NCBI GenBank assembly: GCA_963772365.1
Contig: CAVYXA010000003.1
Coordinates: forward strand, 640,001 to 704,000
Direction of reading: 5' to 3'
DNA from: an uncultured Verrucomicrobiae bacterium
GTDB lineage: Bacteria > Verrucomicrobiota > Verrucomicrobiia > Chthoniobacterales > UBA10450
DNA: 64,000 nucleotides
Shown here: positions 10,307 to 22,244 of the stretch, in pieces
Layout of the letters: each line of letters starts with the position of its first letter
How positions within the stretch are numbered: position 1 is the first letter of the stretch
Notes under the pieces: model-generated
Seen by the model: the letters and a program-made list of their open reading frames with translations, nothing else
Databases searched by the model: none
What the model was told of the DNA's origin: nothing
Program-made: the position numbers and the translations under genes

Positions 10307-11856
10307 TTATTTCTCGATCCAACCCATCACCGCAAGTGCTCGACGAAATTCAGCGTCGTCGGTTGAAAGCGCGGGTAACCATTGTCCGATGGGTTCTCGA
10401 TGCCACCATTCTTTTTCTCCAACTGGCGCGAATCGGTATCGATAAAGTCGCGCCCGAATAAAATGAGGGGGCGCATTCGGGAACGGATTCCCAGCAAGAA
10501 GGGAAAGCGTGCCCGGATCGTTATGCAAAAGTTTCCAAACGAAATGCAGAGTCCACGGATATTCCGAGGGCGAAGCCATGGCGGCGAACCAGATTTGCCA
10601 ATCAATCCGCGGTTGATATGGCGCGATGAATGGCGGCCGCCGATTTGGATCGCCCGGTTTGGCTTTGAATTCGTATTCCTTCCATTTGTGCCGCCTGTGA
10701 TGATCGGCTCATCTGTGCCTTCGAAAACAATTTCGTAGCGTTCGCGACCGACACTGCCGAATGCCCCGTAGGTGTTAACAAGAGTCGAGTGGATCGTAGG
10801 AATAAGTTCATAGATTGCCGGCCGGAAACCAGGTTGAGCACTGGCGCAATGCTCAAGTAGGCAACGAGAATCGATACTGCGATGGCGATATCAGCGCTGA
10901 TTCGATGGTTTCGCTTGCTCTGCCGCCTGCTCGGCGCGTCTCACCAGCGAGCCTCGGCAAGATGCGACGAAAAATGTGTCATCGAAACAGGCCAGGAAGG
11001 GAATGATTGTCAGATAATTTAGAAATGAAAGATTGCCGCTTACGATCAGGAAAATCTGAAACGTGACTAGCAACACACCCGCAACATGCCTGGCCAGTCG
11101 CGGCCCAAACGAAAACCACGGAACGATTAGTTCGACGAAATGGTTCCAGGCAACTTCGAATTTGAGCAGCCAATGCGGTGAGAAATTCAGATAATGACTG
11201 ATCGGATTTGGGATCGGCTGCGTTTCGTAGTGATAGTAAAGACAGGTGAGATCGCGCCAGCAGGAATCGCCGCGGAGTTTGATCAAACCGGCGCCGATCA
11301 TGATGCGAAAACCGAGCCAGCGAAAGAGCCAGATGATCAGGATCGGTGGACGCGACTTTGGAAAAGGCCGGCCATCGAGCAGAGGGCAAAGAAAGATCGA
11401 CAAAAAACCGGTCTCGAGCAGTTGGATTTCCCAGCCGTAGCCGTACCAGATTTGTCCGATATGGACGATCGACATGTACAAGATCCAGAGAACGGCCAGA
11501 AGAACTGCATTCGCGTAACCGGCAAGGACAATTAGCGAGAGCGCGAAACCAGCCCAGGACAGGACCGACATCGCATGATCCGAAATTCCGAACCAGAAAA
11601 GCGTCGGCAGATGCATCATGCCGGCGGTCTTTGTTCCGAGTTGCGTCTCGATTGCTGTCAGGAAATGCGTTGCCGGCGTTAACCCGTGCTCGCCCACGAG
11701 CGGAACGAGCTGGTTTATCGCGACCAGAAATGCGATCGCGTAAACAAATCCAAGCAATCGAAGAATGACAAAGCGCGTAAGCCAATACGAATCTCCGAGC
11801 GCGAAAAATCTCTCCAGTTGTTTGCCATTCATTGGTGGCAACCCATTCGTTGACAC
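10307..11856 (-). CDS. Lipase maturation factor family protein (several frameshifts)
   Basis: YGYGWEIQLLETGF, GAGLIKLRGD, YHYETQPIPNP, GNLSFLNYLT, LAGNPFP...RARLYRYRF spread over three ORF pieces. Confidence 0.88.
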
Positions 11857-11889
11857 CTTAAATGATGCGATTCAAGTTTTCTCCCTCGC

Positions 11890-11961
11890 GCCAGGGTAGC
11901 TCAGCGGTAGAGCAGGGGACTCATAAGCCCTTGGTCGGGAGTTCGATTCTCCCCCCTGGCA
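11890..11961 (+). tRNA. tRNA with CAT anticodon (Ile2 or elongator Met, not initiator)
   Basis: GCCAGGG...CCCTGGC-A acceptor with G1-C72 paired; loop CTCATAA; T-loop GTTCGATTC. Confidence 0.92.
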
Positions 11962-11970
11962 CATGCTCGA

Positions 11971-12738
11971 CTACTTTTTGGTCAAATACTGCGCCAGATC
12001 TTTTTCGCGTCCGCGGAGCGCCGCCATAAAGCAAACGCCGTTTTGCTCTTTCACCGCGCCTGTCCATGTGTCCTGTCGAACATACCGCCAGCCGGAAAAC
12101 TCCTGCACCGCGCCGGTCTTGGGATCTTTCGGGGCTGGATAGAGAAAGAACTGCATCTTCTTTTCCACGACCCAGATTTGGGCGACGCGATGACCATCTT
12201 CGTCATCAAACACGCGGACACCGAGCGTTCGAAAATCGGCGAACTCCGGCGGAACATCGTAATGTTCCAGCTGGTGCTTCATAAAAAACAGATCGCCCAA
12301 TGTTCCGGCGTCGGCCGAAACGGGATCGAGCAGGACCGATTTTGTCGAGCCTGCCACACCTAGCAATTTTCTGGCAGTGGCAATGCCTGGAAAATCGTGA
12401 AGGTGCTCGACAAAATTCGATACAAATACGCCCGCAATCACCAGAACGGCGGCGCCTACTGCTATCACAACTGGATTTTTGATCGTCTTTTTCCAGCTCC
12501 ACTTGTGGCTCGGCACGAGGTTCTCGCTGGAAAACCACTCCGAAACATCGGCGGGAATGGGGATGGTTTGGACCAGCTCGGCCATCGGGCGATCGAAATT
12601 TTGCTGGTTTGTGAACTGGTCGGTCCCGCGCGCTCGAAAAACTGCAGTGCGCATTGCGCGATCGTCGATTTGCTCTTCGCGAATCGGAGCGCACCCTAGC
12701 AGCATCCGTTGCTGACGCGACAATTGCACCTCCTTCAT
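11971..12738 (-). CDS. Membrane-anchored hypothetical protein, putative anti-sigma factor
   Basis: Single TM helix ([19 protein letters not shown]); overlaps the end of the upstream ECF-like gene. Confidence 0.5.
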   Translation of the reverse strand: MKEVQLSRQQRMLLGCAPIREEQIDDRAMRTAVFRARGTDQFTNQQNFDRPMAELVQTIPIPADVSEWFSSENLVPSHKWSWKKTIKNPVVIAVGAAVLVIAGVFVSNFVEHLHDFPGIATARKLLGVAGSTKSVLLDPVSADAGTLGDLFFMKHQLEHYDVPPEFADFRTLGVRVFDDEDGHRVAQIWVVEKKMQFFLYPAPKDPKTGAVQEFSGWRYVRQDTWTGAVKEQNGVCFMAALRGREKDLAQYLTKK

Positions 12739-13220
12739 ATCACGTGCTCTTCCTCAGGAACGGTTGCGTTTAGCCATGCTTGAAATTGACGCCGGCCCTG
12801 GACGAGGAGCCGGGATAGATCGGTGACCTTGATCTCAGCCAGATCGCAGATTGCCTCGTGATCAAATTCGTTGAGGTAAAAAAGGGCCAGCGCTGTGCGC
12901 TGCGGTTCCGGGGCAGCGGAGATCCAAATCGCCAGCTGATTGGAATCGATCTTGTTGATCTGTGCGGCTGCAGCGGCCGATGGCTCGTTCTCTGGGAGCT
13001 CGATTTCCTCCGGTTGCAACCCATGCTCGCTTGCTTCGAGACAACGTATCCGCGCATCGCGATATAACCAGAATGGGTCAGCCGGCTTTTCCCCGTTCGA
13101 TGAACGCAGCGCTGCTTCGCGCAAGGTTGCATGGAATACTTCCTGGGCTTTGCGCGGCTCGCCCATCATCAGGAAACAAAATCGATAGAGTTGCGGTAGA
13201 TTTTCTTTTCGATGCGGCAC
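12735..13220 (-). CDS. Divergent ECF-type RNA polymerase sigma factor
   Basis: Region-2-like LYRFCFLMMGEPRKAQEVF; region-4-like PEPQRTALALFY...HEAICDL...GRRQF. Confidence 0.7.
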   Translation of the reverse strand: MPHRKENLPQLYRFCFLMMGEPRKAQEVFHATLREAALRSSNGEKPADPFWLYRDARIRCLEASEHGLQPEEIELPENEPSAAAAAQINKIDSNQLAIWISAAPEPQRTALALFYLNEFDHEAICDLAEIKVTDLSRLLVQGRRQFQAWLNATVPEEEHVI

Positions 13221-13323
13221 TCAGGCACCCTTCCACTTGCAAGGAATTCAGCGGCATTCTACCCGCGTTGGCAGGATCGACAAGCGTTTGTAGAACTGGC
13301 TGAATTCTGCAACCGGCGACCGA

Positions 13324-14677
13324 TCAACCCAGTTTCCTGAGGCGATCCGCCACCTCCTCAGCATTGGAACGACTGTTGAATGCGGAGATGCGGAAGTAGC
13401 CTTCACCTTGCGCACCGAAACCGCTGCCCGGACTGATGATCACGTTTAATTCCTTCAACATTCTGTCGAACATTTGCCAGCTGGTCACGCCCTCCGGAGT
13501 TTTTACCCAGATGTAAGGAGCATTTACACCGCCGAAAACGTCGAGATCTGCTTCGGCTGCGCCTCGCCGCAGGATCTTCGCGTTGCCCATGTAATGATCG
13601 ATGAGCTTCCGCACCTGCTGGCGACCTTCCGTCGAATACAGCGCCTCCGCGCCTCGTTGGACCGGATAACTCACACTGTTCGATTTCGTGCTCCAACGAC
13701 GGTTCCAAAGTGCGATGTAGCGGAAGACGGCGCCCGTTTTCTGTTCGGGCCAGCAACGATTTCGGCATTACGGTAAACCCGCACCGCACCCCAGTGAATC
13801 CGCCGTTCTTGGAAAAACTGCGAAACTCCACTGCGCATTCGCGCGCGCCGGGAATTTCAAAAATCGAATGCGGAATATTCCCCTCACTGCCTCGCCGCGG
13901 CGAGTGCGTCTCTCCCTGGGGGAGAGAGATTTCGCCAGCCGGCGCCACAGCGCCTTTTCTCTCCTCTCCCTGGCCAGGGAGAGGATTAAGGTGAGGGTCA
14001 TCCTGAATGTACGCTTCGTAAGCGGCGTCGAACAGAATGATCGCGTCATGTGCGCGGGCATACTCCACCCATTTCGCCAGCTGCTCACGCGTTGCCACAG
14101 CTCCGGTCGGATTATTCGGAAAACAGAGGTAAACAAGATCGACATGTTCCTTTGGCGGCGCGGGGACAAAACCGTTTTCAGCCGTTGCCTGCAAATAAAT
14201 GAGGCCTTCGTAACTTCCATCCTCGCGCACCGGTCCAGTGTGGCCCGTCATCACGTTGGTATCGACATAGACGGGATAAACCGGATCGGTGATTGCGATT
14301 TTGTTCTGATCGCCAAGAACATCGAGAATGTGACCGCAATCCGGCTTCGAGCCGTCAGACACGAAAATCTCGTCATCGGCGATGTCGATGTTGTGGTCTC
14401 GGTAGTCATGCTGCGCAATTGTCGATCTTAGAAATTCGTAACCCTGCTCCGGGCCATAACCGCGAAACGTCTCGCGATTCCCCAGTTCTTCGACCGCGCG
14501 TTTCATCGCTTCGATCGCAGCGCGCGGCAACGGTTCCGTCACATCGCCGATGCCGCACCGGATCAGCCTTTTCGCTGCATCCGGATTCTTCGCGCAGAAT
14601 TCATTCACGCGCCGTGCGATTTCGGGAAACAAATAGCCGGCCTGAAGCTTGAGATAATTTTCATTCAGATACGCCAT
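13324..14677 (-). CDS. dapL: LL-diaminopimelate aminotransferase (frameshift near 13715; in-frame repeat insertion)
   Basis: [67 protein letters not shown]. Confidence 0.95.
13881..13997. repeat. 117-bp palindromic element inserted in frame in dapL
   Basis: Terminal IR CCCTCAC/GTGAGGG; internal hairpins CTCGCCGCGGCGAG, TCTCTCCC-TGG-GGGAGAGA, TCCTCTCCC-TGGCCA-GGGAGAGGA. Confidence 0.85.
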
Positions 14678-14731
14678 CGAAGGTGGAGTATTGAAGTGCT
14701 GGAGTATTGGAGCAACGGAAAATCCGCCGGG

Positions 14732-16214
14732 CTATGGAGCTCTTTTTGCCCACAGGGTGTAGGCTGTTCCTTCGAGTTGGTCAATCGCAACTGGCTGAAA
14801 GTTCTGGCGCAATAGTCCGCGGTCGAAAACCGGCGTCGGCACAAATCCGTGCACCTGCATGACGTAATTGGTTTGGCCGGTCTCTTGGCGGATCGACGCA
14901 GGCAATTCGGCCGGCCAATCCCCATTTACTGTATGCGCATCGAGCTCGAAAAAAAGCGAGCGGCCGATATATCCCGATCCTCGATAGGCAATCGTCGGGT
15001 CCTCTGGCGAGATGGCCTTCCAGTAACGGGCAACGGCGACGGCGGCGTTGTACTTTTTCATCGCCATGATGCGCGGAGAGAAGCGCTTCGACCTGATTGA
15101 ATTGAAGAAAGAAAGAAAGAAGAACCACCAGACTGACAAGCGTAGAAGCAAGAGCCGCTCGCTGGATGGAAAATGAGCTCAACCAATCGGCTACGACATC
15201 AAGCCGCGTGACGAGCAGGGCCGTCATCGCGAGATAAGCGAAAAGGAACGAATTGTAAGAGCCGCCGCTCTTGCAAATTATCCAGATGGATGTGGGGATG
15301 AACACAATTAGTGCTGCCAAGATCCAGCGCTCGCGGCTATCGATCGGACGGCGCTTCGAAAGCAGCGCCAACAGCGCGACGAAAAAAAGCGGAAAGGTCG
15401 CGAACAGATAGAGGGTTGCCGGCGGAATGCGTTCCGGATGGACCTTTATCGAAGCTGGAACTGTGATCATGCCTCGAAACAACTCTGGCGAAAACCATCC
15501 GATCCCGGCAATAGCAACGAAAATCGAGATCACTGGAACAAACGACTTTAACAGATCTCGGAGGATTCGTGGTCTCTGCCACATCAAAGCGTAAGCAATC
15601 GGAATCAGCGCAAAGGCGGCCGCAGTTTGTTTGAAAAACATGGCACCGACAAAGGCGAGAATCGCGACGACAGAATATCCCGTAATCCAAAAGTAAATAG
15701 CGGCGACACCCAAGAGAGCCGCAACCCCATCGGACTGTGCGGAGAGAAACATCAGGTTGGTGCGAAAATTAATTCCGAGAAATAAAAGCAAAGCGAACCA
15801 GAGCCACGATTTACCGCGATTGAAAATTGCGGCCAGAAAGATCGCCAGACCGCACGACAGGATCGACATCGCGATTCGCGCTGCGATAAGGTTTAAACCC
15901 GCGAAACGAAAAACGCCGGCCAGGAGGACCGTCAGCAGTGGCCCGTACATGTGAGTAGCATGCTCGCTTTCATAAACGGGCAGACCGGCGTTAAGGCGGA
16001 CTGCTTCCATCGCGATGGCGGGCTCCCAGGGGTTGATCGCTAGGGTCTCGCTCAGACGAATTGCCGCGGCGATCAATGTTGCCACGCCCAAAACAACCGC
16101 AACGATCAGTAATGGCAGGCGTGCCGGGAAAGGAAGTGAATCACGAGAGGCCTTCCATTCTGTCGGCGGTCTGCAATCCTCGCATGACTGCGGAAAGATT
16201 TTCGCGACGATCAC
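14732..16214 (-). CDS. Multi-pass membrane protein, GT-C glycosyltransferase-like (frameshift near 15120; start uncertain)
   Basis: About 11 TM segments, HMYGPLL, FFKQT motifs; C-terminal soluble part in ORF 14732..15151. Confidence 0.6.
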
Positions 16215-16229
16215 AGACCGCCGCTACAG
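16160..16229. repeat. GTAG-type REP-like repeat (degenerate)
   Basis: CACAGACCGCCGCTACAG identical to the arm at 1254-1272. Confidence 0.65.
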
Positions 16230-16246
16230 CAGAAGGCGTACTTGTA

Positions 16247-16846
16247 TCAGTAATTCTTGGCTACCGCGTCCCAGTTCACCACGTTCCACCAAGCTTTGAT
16301 GTAATCAGGCCGGCGGTTCTGGTAATTGAGATAGTAGGCGTGCTCCCAAACATCGAGACCGAAAATTGGCCTATTGCCGTCCATCAGTGGGCTGTCCTGG
16401 TTAGGCGTCGAAGTCACTTCCAGTTTGCCTGACTTGTTTTTGATCAACCAGGCCCAACCGCTGCCGAACCGGCCCGCGCCGGCCGCGGCGAATTTTTCCT
16501 TGAACGCATCGAAGCTGCCAAAGGCAGATTTGATATCGTCAGCCAGTTTGCCTTTTGGTTCGCCGCCGGCGTTCGGCCCCATGATTTTCCAGAAAAAGGA
16601 ATGATTGGCGTGCCCGCCGCCATTATTCCGGACCACGGTGCGAATGTCTTCCGGCACCGAATTCAAATCGCGAATCAAATCCTCGACCGATTTCTTTTCC
16701 AGATCGGGTTTGCCTTTGATCGCGTTGTTCACGTTGTTGATGTAAGCTTGGTGATGTTTGGTGTGATGGATTTCCATCGTGCGCGCATCGATGTGCGGTT
16801 CCAGAGCGTCGTAGGGATAGGGTAATTTCGGTAATTCGTAAGCCAT
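16247..16846 (-). CDS. sodA: Superoxide dismutase (probably Mn type)
   Basis: [38 protein letters not shown]. Confidence 0.93.
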   Translation of the reverse strand: MAYELPKLPYPYDALEPHIDARTMEIHHTKHHQAYINNVNNAIKGKPDLEKKSVEDLIRDLNSVPEDIRTVVRNNGGGHANHSFFWKIMGPNAGGEPKGKLADDIKSAFGSFDAFKEKFAAAGAGRFGSGWAWLIKNKSGKLEVTSTPNQDSPLMDGNRPIFGLDVWEHAYYLNYQNRRPDYIKAWWNVVNWDAVAKNY

Positions 16847-16935
16847 AATCTTTACTGTTAGATCGCTTTACACCGATGAACAGGATTTATTTTTCGCTCC
16901 TGCACGTTCGTCCATTTTTGCCCGGAGAACCGAAC

Positions 16936-18228
16936 TTACTCGTAACGCAGCGCTTTCACCGGATCGAGTCGGGCGGCGAAGTATGCGGGAATCAATGCAG
17001 CCAATGCGCAAATTAAGAACGCGCTGATACAAACCTTCGCGACGTCGCCCGGCACCACTTCCGCCGGGATCTTGCTGAATTCGTAAATATCTGCCGGAAA
17101 AATTTGAATATGAAGAACATTGGCTAGCCATTCCTTAAATTCATTCCGGTAACGGATCAGCGTCATTCCCAGGGCGAGCCCGATTGCGTTTCCAAATAAT
17201 CCAACCAGCAATCCCTGGGAAAGAAAAACCCAGACGATCTGCCAGGTGCCGGCCCCGAGGGCTTTGATAATCCCGATCTCTCGCCGTTTTTGCACTGTGA
17301 CCGTGATCAACGTGTTCATAATGCTGAACGCCGCGATCACGATCAGGAACATCAAAATGATGAACATCACGTTGCGCTCGACTCGAATGGCGTCGAACCG
17401 ATCTTTATTACGATCGATCCAGGTCTCCGCCGTGACCGGCGCGGGCAGAATCTCATTCAGCTGTCGCTTGATTACTTCCGCGCGATAGGGGTCGTTCGTT
17501 TCAACCGAGATGCCGTGGATTTCGTCGCCCAGCGAATAAAGCTCCTGACCGATGTGCAGCGGAACGAAAACGATGTTGAAATCGTAATCGAACCGGCCGG
17601 ACTCGAAAATGCCGGTCACAGTCAGGTCGGCGGGAAGGACGACTTCGTTTTGCAGGTCGGCCAGGGTCTTGGATTTGGCTTCGGGATCGTTCTGCGAGCG
17701 CTTTAGTTCCTCGATAATCGACCGGATATTGCCGGCGGCGTAGATTGTAATTTTATCGCCGACCCGAACTCCGAGCGCATTTGCCAGCCTCATGCCGACG
17801 AGCGCGCTGTCGCCGGAAAGGTCGGCGTTGCCGAGTTTCACCAGCTTTTTTAGATCGACAATTTTTTCTTCCTGGGCTGGATCGATGCCTCGGATCACCG
17901 GCGTCAGAATTCGGCCCTCGTGATCGGCGATGACCGGCCCCTGGACGAACGGCGCGGAAGCGATCACGCCCGGCACATTGTCGATCTTCTTGTTAAGGGG
18001 GCGCCAATCGTCGAGCAGACCGCCGCTCGTCACCACGATGTGCGGCTCGAACCCGAGGACTTTTCGCTGCAATTCGTTATCGAATCCGGTCATAACGGAA
18101 ATGACAACGATGAGCACGGTGATTCCGAGCATGACGCCGATGACGGAGATCAAGGTGATGATGGAAATGAACGTGCGCTTCGGTTTGAGATAACGCAGCG
18201 CCAGAAAAAGACTAAACGGCAGTTTCAA
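16936..18228 (-). CDS. Lipoprotein-releasing ABC transporter permease LolC/E
   Basis: LALRYLKPKR...ISVMTGF, KRREIGIIKALGA, IPAYFAARLDPVKALRYE. Confidence 0.9.
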   Translation of the reverse strand: MKLPFSLFLALRYLKPKRTFISIITLISVIGVMLGITVLIVVISVMTGFDNELQRKVLGFEPHIVVTSGGLLDDWRPLNKKIDNVPGVIASAPFVQGPVIADHEGRILTPVIRGIDPAQEEKIVDLKKLVKLGNADLSGDSALVGMRLANALGVRVGDKITIYAAGNIRSIIEELKRSQNDPEAKSKTLADLQNEVVLPADLTVTGIFESGRFDYDFNIVFVPLHIGQELYSLGDEIHGISVETNDPYRAEVIKRQLNEILPAPVTAETWIDRNKDRFDAIRVERNVMFIILMFLIVIAAFSIMNTLITVTVQKRREIGIIKALGAGTWQIVWVFLSQGLLVGLFGNAIGLALGMTLIRYRNEFKEWLANVLHIQIFPADIYEFSKIPAEVVPGDVAKVCISAFLICALAALIPAYFAARLDPVKALRYE

Positions 18229-18324
18229 AACAAAAGGTTTTTACAAAAGAAAACGGAGGAAAGAAAGGAGATGCGCAGGGCTTTGTTTCCTTCGTTGTCT
18301 GGCGTGGAGGTAGTCATTGGAATT

Positions 18325-18699
18325 TTATTTCAGCGCGTGCGCCTTTAGTTCTTCCAGTGTGACAAACTCGAGCGCGGATGAATGCGTCGCCTCAAGATCG
18401 ACAAGGGCGGCGCGATTGTGATCGAGCGCGGCTTTCCAACGCGTCACACAGACGCACCATTTATCGCCCGGCTTTAATCCAGGAAAACCCCACTCCGGAT
18501 GCGGAGTGACCAGGTCGTTGCCATCCAGGACTGAGAAATCCAAAAACTCGCGGGTGACTTGCACGCAAACCGTGTGCTGGCCGATGTCTTCCGGCCCGGT
18601 GCGACAAAAGCCATCCCGATAAAATCCAGTCATCGGATCGCGGCAGCAGCATTTCAACTCCCTTCCGAGAACGTTCGTAGGCATGGGGGATGGTAGCAT
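18325..18699 (-). CDS. DUF2237 family protein
   Basis: NVLG...DPMTGFYRDGFC, GNDLVTP, PGLKPGDKWCVC. Confidence 0.88.
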   Translation of the reverse strand: MLPSPMPTNVLGRELKCCCRDPMTGFYRDGFCRTGPEDIGQHTVCVQVTREFLDFSVLDGNDLVTPHPEWGFPGLKPGDKWCVCVTRWKAALDHNRAALVDLEATHSSALEFVTLEELKAHALK

Positions 18700-18764
18700 G
18701 AGAGAATCGCCGCGCCATTCGTTGTCATTTGCGTTCGGGAAGCTGTTCCGGTAGCCTCAGCGGC

Positions 18765-19653
18765 ATGGCAAAATCCGGTCTCGGTAAAGGTCTCGGCGCG
18801 CTGATCGCGCCGCGACCGGCGCCTGCTACCCGCGGGGAGATCGACATGGATTCGCGGGAAAAAATCCATGAAGTGAGTCTCGCCAGCATTGTGCCGAGTC
18901 CTTTGCAGCCGCGAAAGGATTTTGGCCAGGAAGCCTTGCAGGAATTAGTCGATTCGATCCGACAACATGGAATTATTCAGCCACTCATTGTGCGTCAGAC
19001 GGGCGGGCCGGCTGGAACTGATCGCCGGTGAACGACGGTGGCGCGCGGCCCAGGAGCTGGGTCTCAGGAATGTGCCGGTAATCATCCGCAGCGCTTCCGA
19101 CTTGGAAGTGCTCGAGCTTTCGCTCATCGAAAATTTGCAGCGGGCGGATTTGAATCCGATCGAGGAAGCGCAAGGTTACGCGCGTTTGGCTGGCGAATTC
19201 GGAATGCGGCAGGAGGACATTGCAGTGAAAGTCGGCCGGAGTCGGGCAGCTGTGGCAAATTCCATGCGGCTACTCGACTTGCATCCGCAAATCCAAATCT
19301 GGGTTACGCAGAACTTGCTTTCTGTCGGGCATGCGAAGGTGTTGCTTGGCTTGAAAGCGCCGGATGAGCAGCTGTTGACGGCCGAAACCGTGTTGCGTCG
19401 CAATGCCACGGTCCGTGCGACGGAGCGCCTAGTGGCACGCCAGCTTGGAATTGTTCGTTCTCGAAAAAAACGGGTGACACCGGCAACGTCAAGCTCGGCT
19501 ACCATGGAAGAGTTGCGAGAACGGCTGCAGCAACATCTCGGAACGCACGTCGCAATTCGGCACGGCGAAAAGCGGGGTCGAATCGAGATTGAGTATTACG
19601 GAGACGATGATCTCCAGCGGGTCGTTACTGCAATCGGATTACCCGAGTTGTAG
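18765..19653 (+). CDS. parB: ParB/Spo0J partition protein (frameshift near 19005)
   Basis: GLGKGLGALI, PLQPRKDF, GIIQPLIVR, LIAGERRWRA, LIENLQRADLNPIEEA. Confidence 0.93.
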
Positions 19654-19750
19654 GGTCTGTGTCAGATGCCTATATCACGATGGACAAGATTGCGGGGGAT
19701 TCGTGCCAGGGGTCAAAGAAGAGGAAGGTGTTTCACCGAAATGCCCCGCA

Positions 19751-20632
19751 ATGGTTACTCGCTCTGCGTTGATTTCCTGCCGGCACACTGAATCGAGTTC
19801 CGCAGCGGAAGCGAAGATTTGGGAGCAATTTTCCGGCGAAAACGCGTTCAATCATGTTCAACATCTGGTCGAGCTGGGTCCGCGGCCTTCGGGATCGGAA
19901 GCGCTCGAGAAATCGCGGGTGTACATCGACAATCAACTTCGCGCGCTGGGCTGGAAGGTGGAGCGGCAGGAATTCAGTGATGACACGCCGCGCGGTAAGG
20001 TCCGATTTGTAAACTTGATCGCGCGGTTCGGAGACAGCGAACCGAAAACACCGCGATTTCTTTTGTGTTCGCATTATGACACGAAAATTTTCGATGCAAT
20101 CAGGTTCGTAGGCGCGAACGATGGCGGTTCGAGCACTGGTCTGTTATTGGAAATGGCGCGAGTGCTGCCAAAGGATCCACAGCTGGCATAGAGGATCGAG
20201 CTGGTCTTTTTCGACGGGGAAGAGGCGTTTGAAAATTACTCGGACACTGATGGTTTTTTTGGCAGCCGATATTTTGCGCAACAGATCAAGCCGAACGCGA
20301 AACAATTTCGCGGTGGAATTTTGTTCGATATGGTTGGTGATCTTTCCCTGGATATCACGATGCCGCCCGATTCACCCGCGCAAATGGCGCAGGATATTTT
20401 TGCTTCGGCGGAAGCGCTCAAAGTCCGCAGTCATTTCACCTACTCCAGCTTTGAAATCTCGGACGATCACACGCAGCTAAATGCCATTGGCATTCCGACG
20501 ATTGATCTGATCGACTTCGATTATCCTCCGTGGCACACTGTCGAGGATACCATCGACAAGATAAGTCCGCAGAGCCTGCAAATTGTCGGATCGGTGGCCG
20601 CCTATTACCTGGTAAAGTTTGCCCTGAAGTAA
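19751..20632 (+). CDS. M28 family peptidase (glutaminyl-cyclase-like), in-frame TAG at 20189
   Basis: GPRPSGS, SHYDTK, GANDGGSS, then the same frame continues LVFFDGEEA...DMVGD, DDH, WHT; start uncertain. Confidence 0.85.
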
Positions 20633-20722
20633 TTGGAATGAGACCCTCCCATCAATGCTATCCCTAGCAGGGAGAGGGAAACATAAGCCGCGGCTGACGC
20701 GCACCAAGTCAGGAGTTCTCTT

Positions 20723-20811
20723 GTCCTGTTGAGCGAAGCGAAACATCTCCGATCATTCTCCGACCGGCACGTATGGAAATGATGTGAGATCCTTCGTTTC
20801 GCTCAGGATGA
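20723..20811. repeat. GTCATCCTGAGCGAAG-type hairpin repeat
   Basis: TGAGCGAAGCGAAACATCTC...GAGATCCTTCGTTTCGCTCAGGATGA; relatives at 35654 and 54590; a CCCTCCC...GGGAGAGGG element lies just upstream at 20644-20678. Confidence 0.75.
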
Positions 20812-21025
20812 GAGTAGTGAACGTGCCTTAATCAGGTTGAAAAGCCTGGCAAGGTGCTAGTGAGGGCTGGGGGAAACCTCTTATCGAAGCAGAGGCAACG
20901 GATCACGGCTGACACTCACGAGCCTATCCGATCTTGAAAATCATAAACTTCGGCATTGCTTGGAAGAGTTTTTGCCTCCAGTCTGTTCGGATGCATAATT
21001 GCGTTGGAAGGAAAGTTTGGGCCAT

Positions 21026-22220
21026 ATGTCTCATCGAACGCGAAAAAGTGTAGGGTGTGGTTGGTCTCGGCATCATGGGAGCCGGGTCACAGAGAACCTG
21101 CGCAAAAAAGGATTTCATGTCTTCGTTTGGAACCGGACGCCGCGGCCGGTGCCCAATTTTGTCGGCTCGCCATCGGAGATCGCGGAGATGTGCGATTTCA
21201 TTCAGATCTTTGTCTCGGATGACGAGGCGCTGCTGGAAGTGTGCCGCCAACTCTCTCCCGTGTTACCCCGCGCCATATCGTGCTCGCGTCATTCCACGGT
21301 TTCTCCCACACCATGCGAGAGCTGCCAAGATGGTCGAGCGAGCGGGCGGCCGTTTTATCGACGCGCCATTTACCGGCAGCAAAGACGCGGCGGCGCAGGG
21401 CAAGCTCCTGTTTTACGTCGGCGGCGATGAAAAAGTGGTCAAGGAGGCGCAGCCAATTTTCGATGTAAATGGAGAGATCATTTTGATTGGGGAAATCGGT
21501 CAGGCCACTGCAATTAAGATCGCCACGAACATGATCACGGCAGCAACTGTGCAGGCTGCCGCAGAAGCGCTGGCCTTAATTTACACGGCAGGATTACCGC
21601 TCGAAAAACTGGCTGAAGCCATGCGCGGCAACGCGACCTATTCGAAAACTCTCGCGATGAAACTCCCGAAAATGACGGAAACGAATTTTGAGCCGCACTT
21701 CTCGATTAAACACATGCTGAAAGATATCCAAATCGCCACGCGGCTGGCTTCATCGGGTAATTTACCGCTGAGTGTGACGACGGCCACGCGCGACCGGCTT
21801 CTCGAGCAAATGCAACACGGACGCGGCGACGAAGATTACTCCGCCGTGGCCAGGAAATATTTTGCCGATATGCGCCCACCTCCTCAGGAGGAGCCGCCGT
21901 TGGAATTGATTCAGGAATCGGTTAACGAGCCTGCGCCAGCTCCGAACGAGATCTCTTCTGTAAGGGCGCCACAGGAGGAAGCGGCAGCCACTTTTGTCTC
22001 CATTATTCAAGAAACTGTTCCGCAAGAATCGATCACGGCAGTGGAAACTCCGGCACCGATTCCGGAGTTCACTCCGTTTCCCGCTTTCGTGGAGAATCAC
22101 GAGCCTGAGTCTGAAAAACCAGATACCGAGAGTGAGAAATCGGAGGCAGCGGGGGATCCGAGCGAACACCCGATGCGCGATTTTTTGAATCGCTTGCTGC
22201 ACCGCGAGCGGGATTACTAG
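21026..22220 (+). CDS. NAD(P)-dependent oxidoreductase, 3-hydroxyisobutyrate dehydrogenase family, with an acidic Pro-rich tail (frameshifted)
   Basis: VGLGIMGS, VFVWNRT, FIDAPFTGS, AIKIATN, FSIKHMLKD. Confidence 0.85.
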
Positions 22221-22244
22221 ACCGCCGCGCACGGCCAGATCAGG

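Noticed and set aside
1123..11961. Genomic island integrated at either tRNA
   Set aside because: No integrase, no duplicated tRNA 3' end, and the flanking genes are housekeeping
20189..20191. Programmed amber read-through (pyrrolysine or alternative code) in the M28 peptidase
   Set aside because: TAG ends many other genes here, no pyl genes are present, and the region is error-rich; a base error or nonsense mutation is simpler
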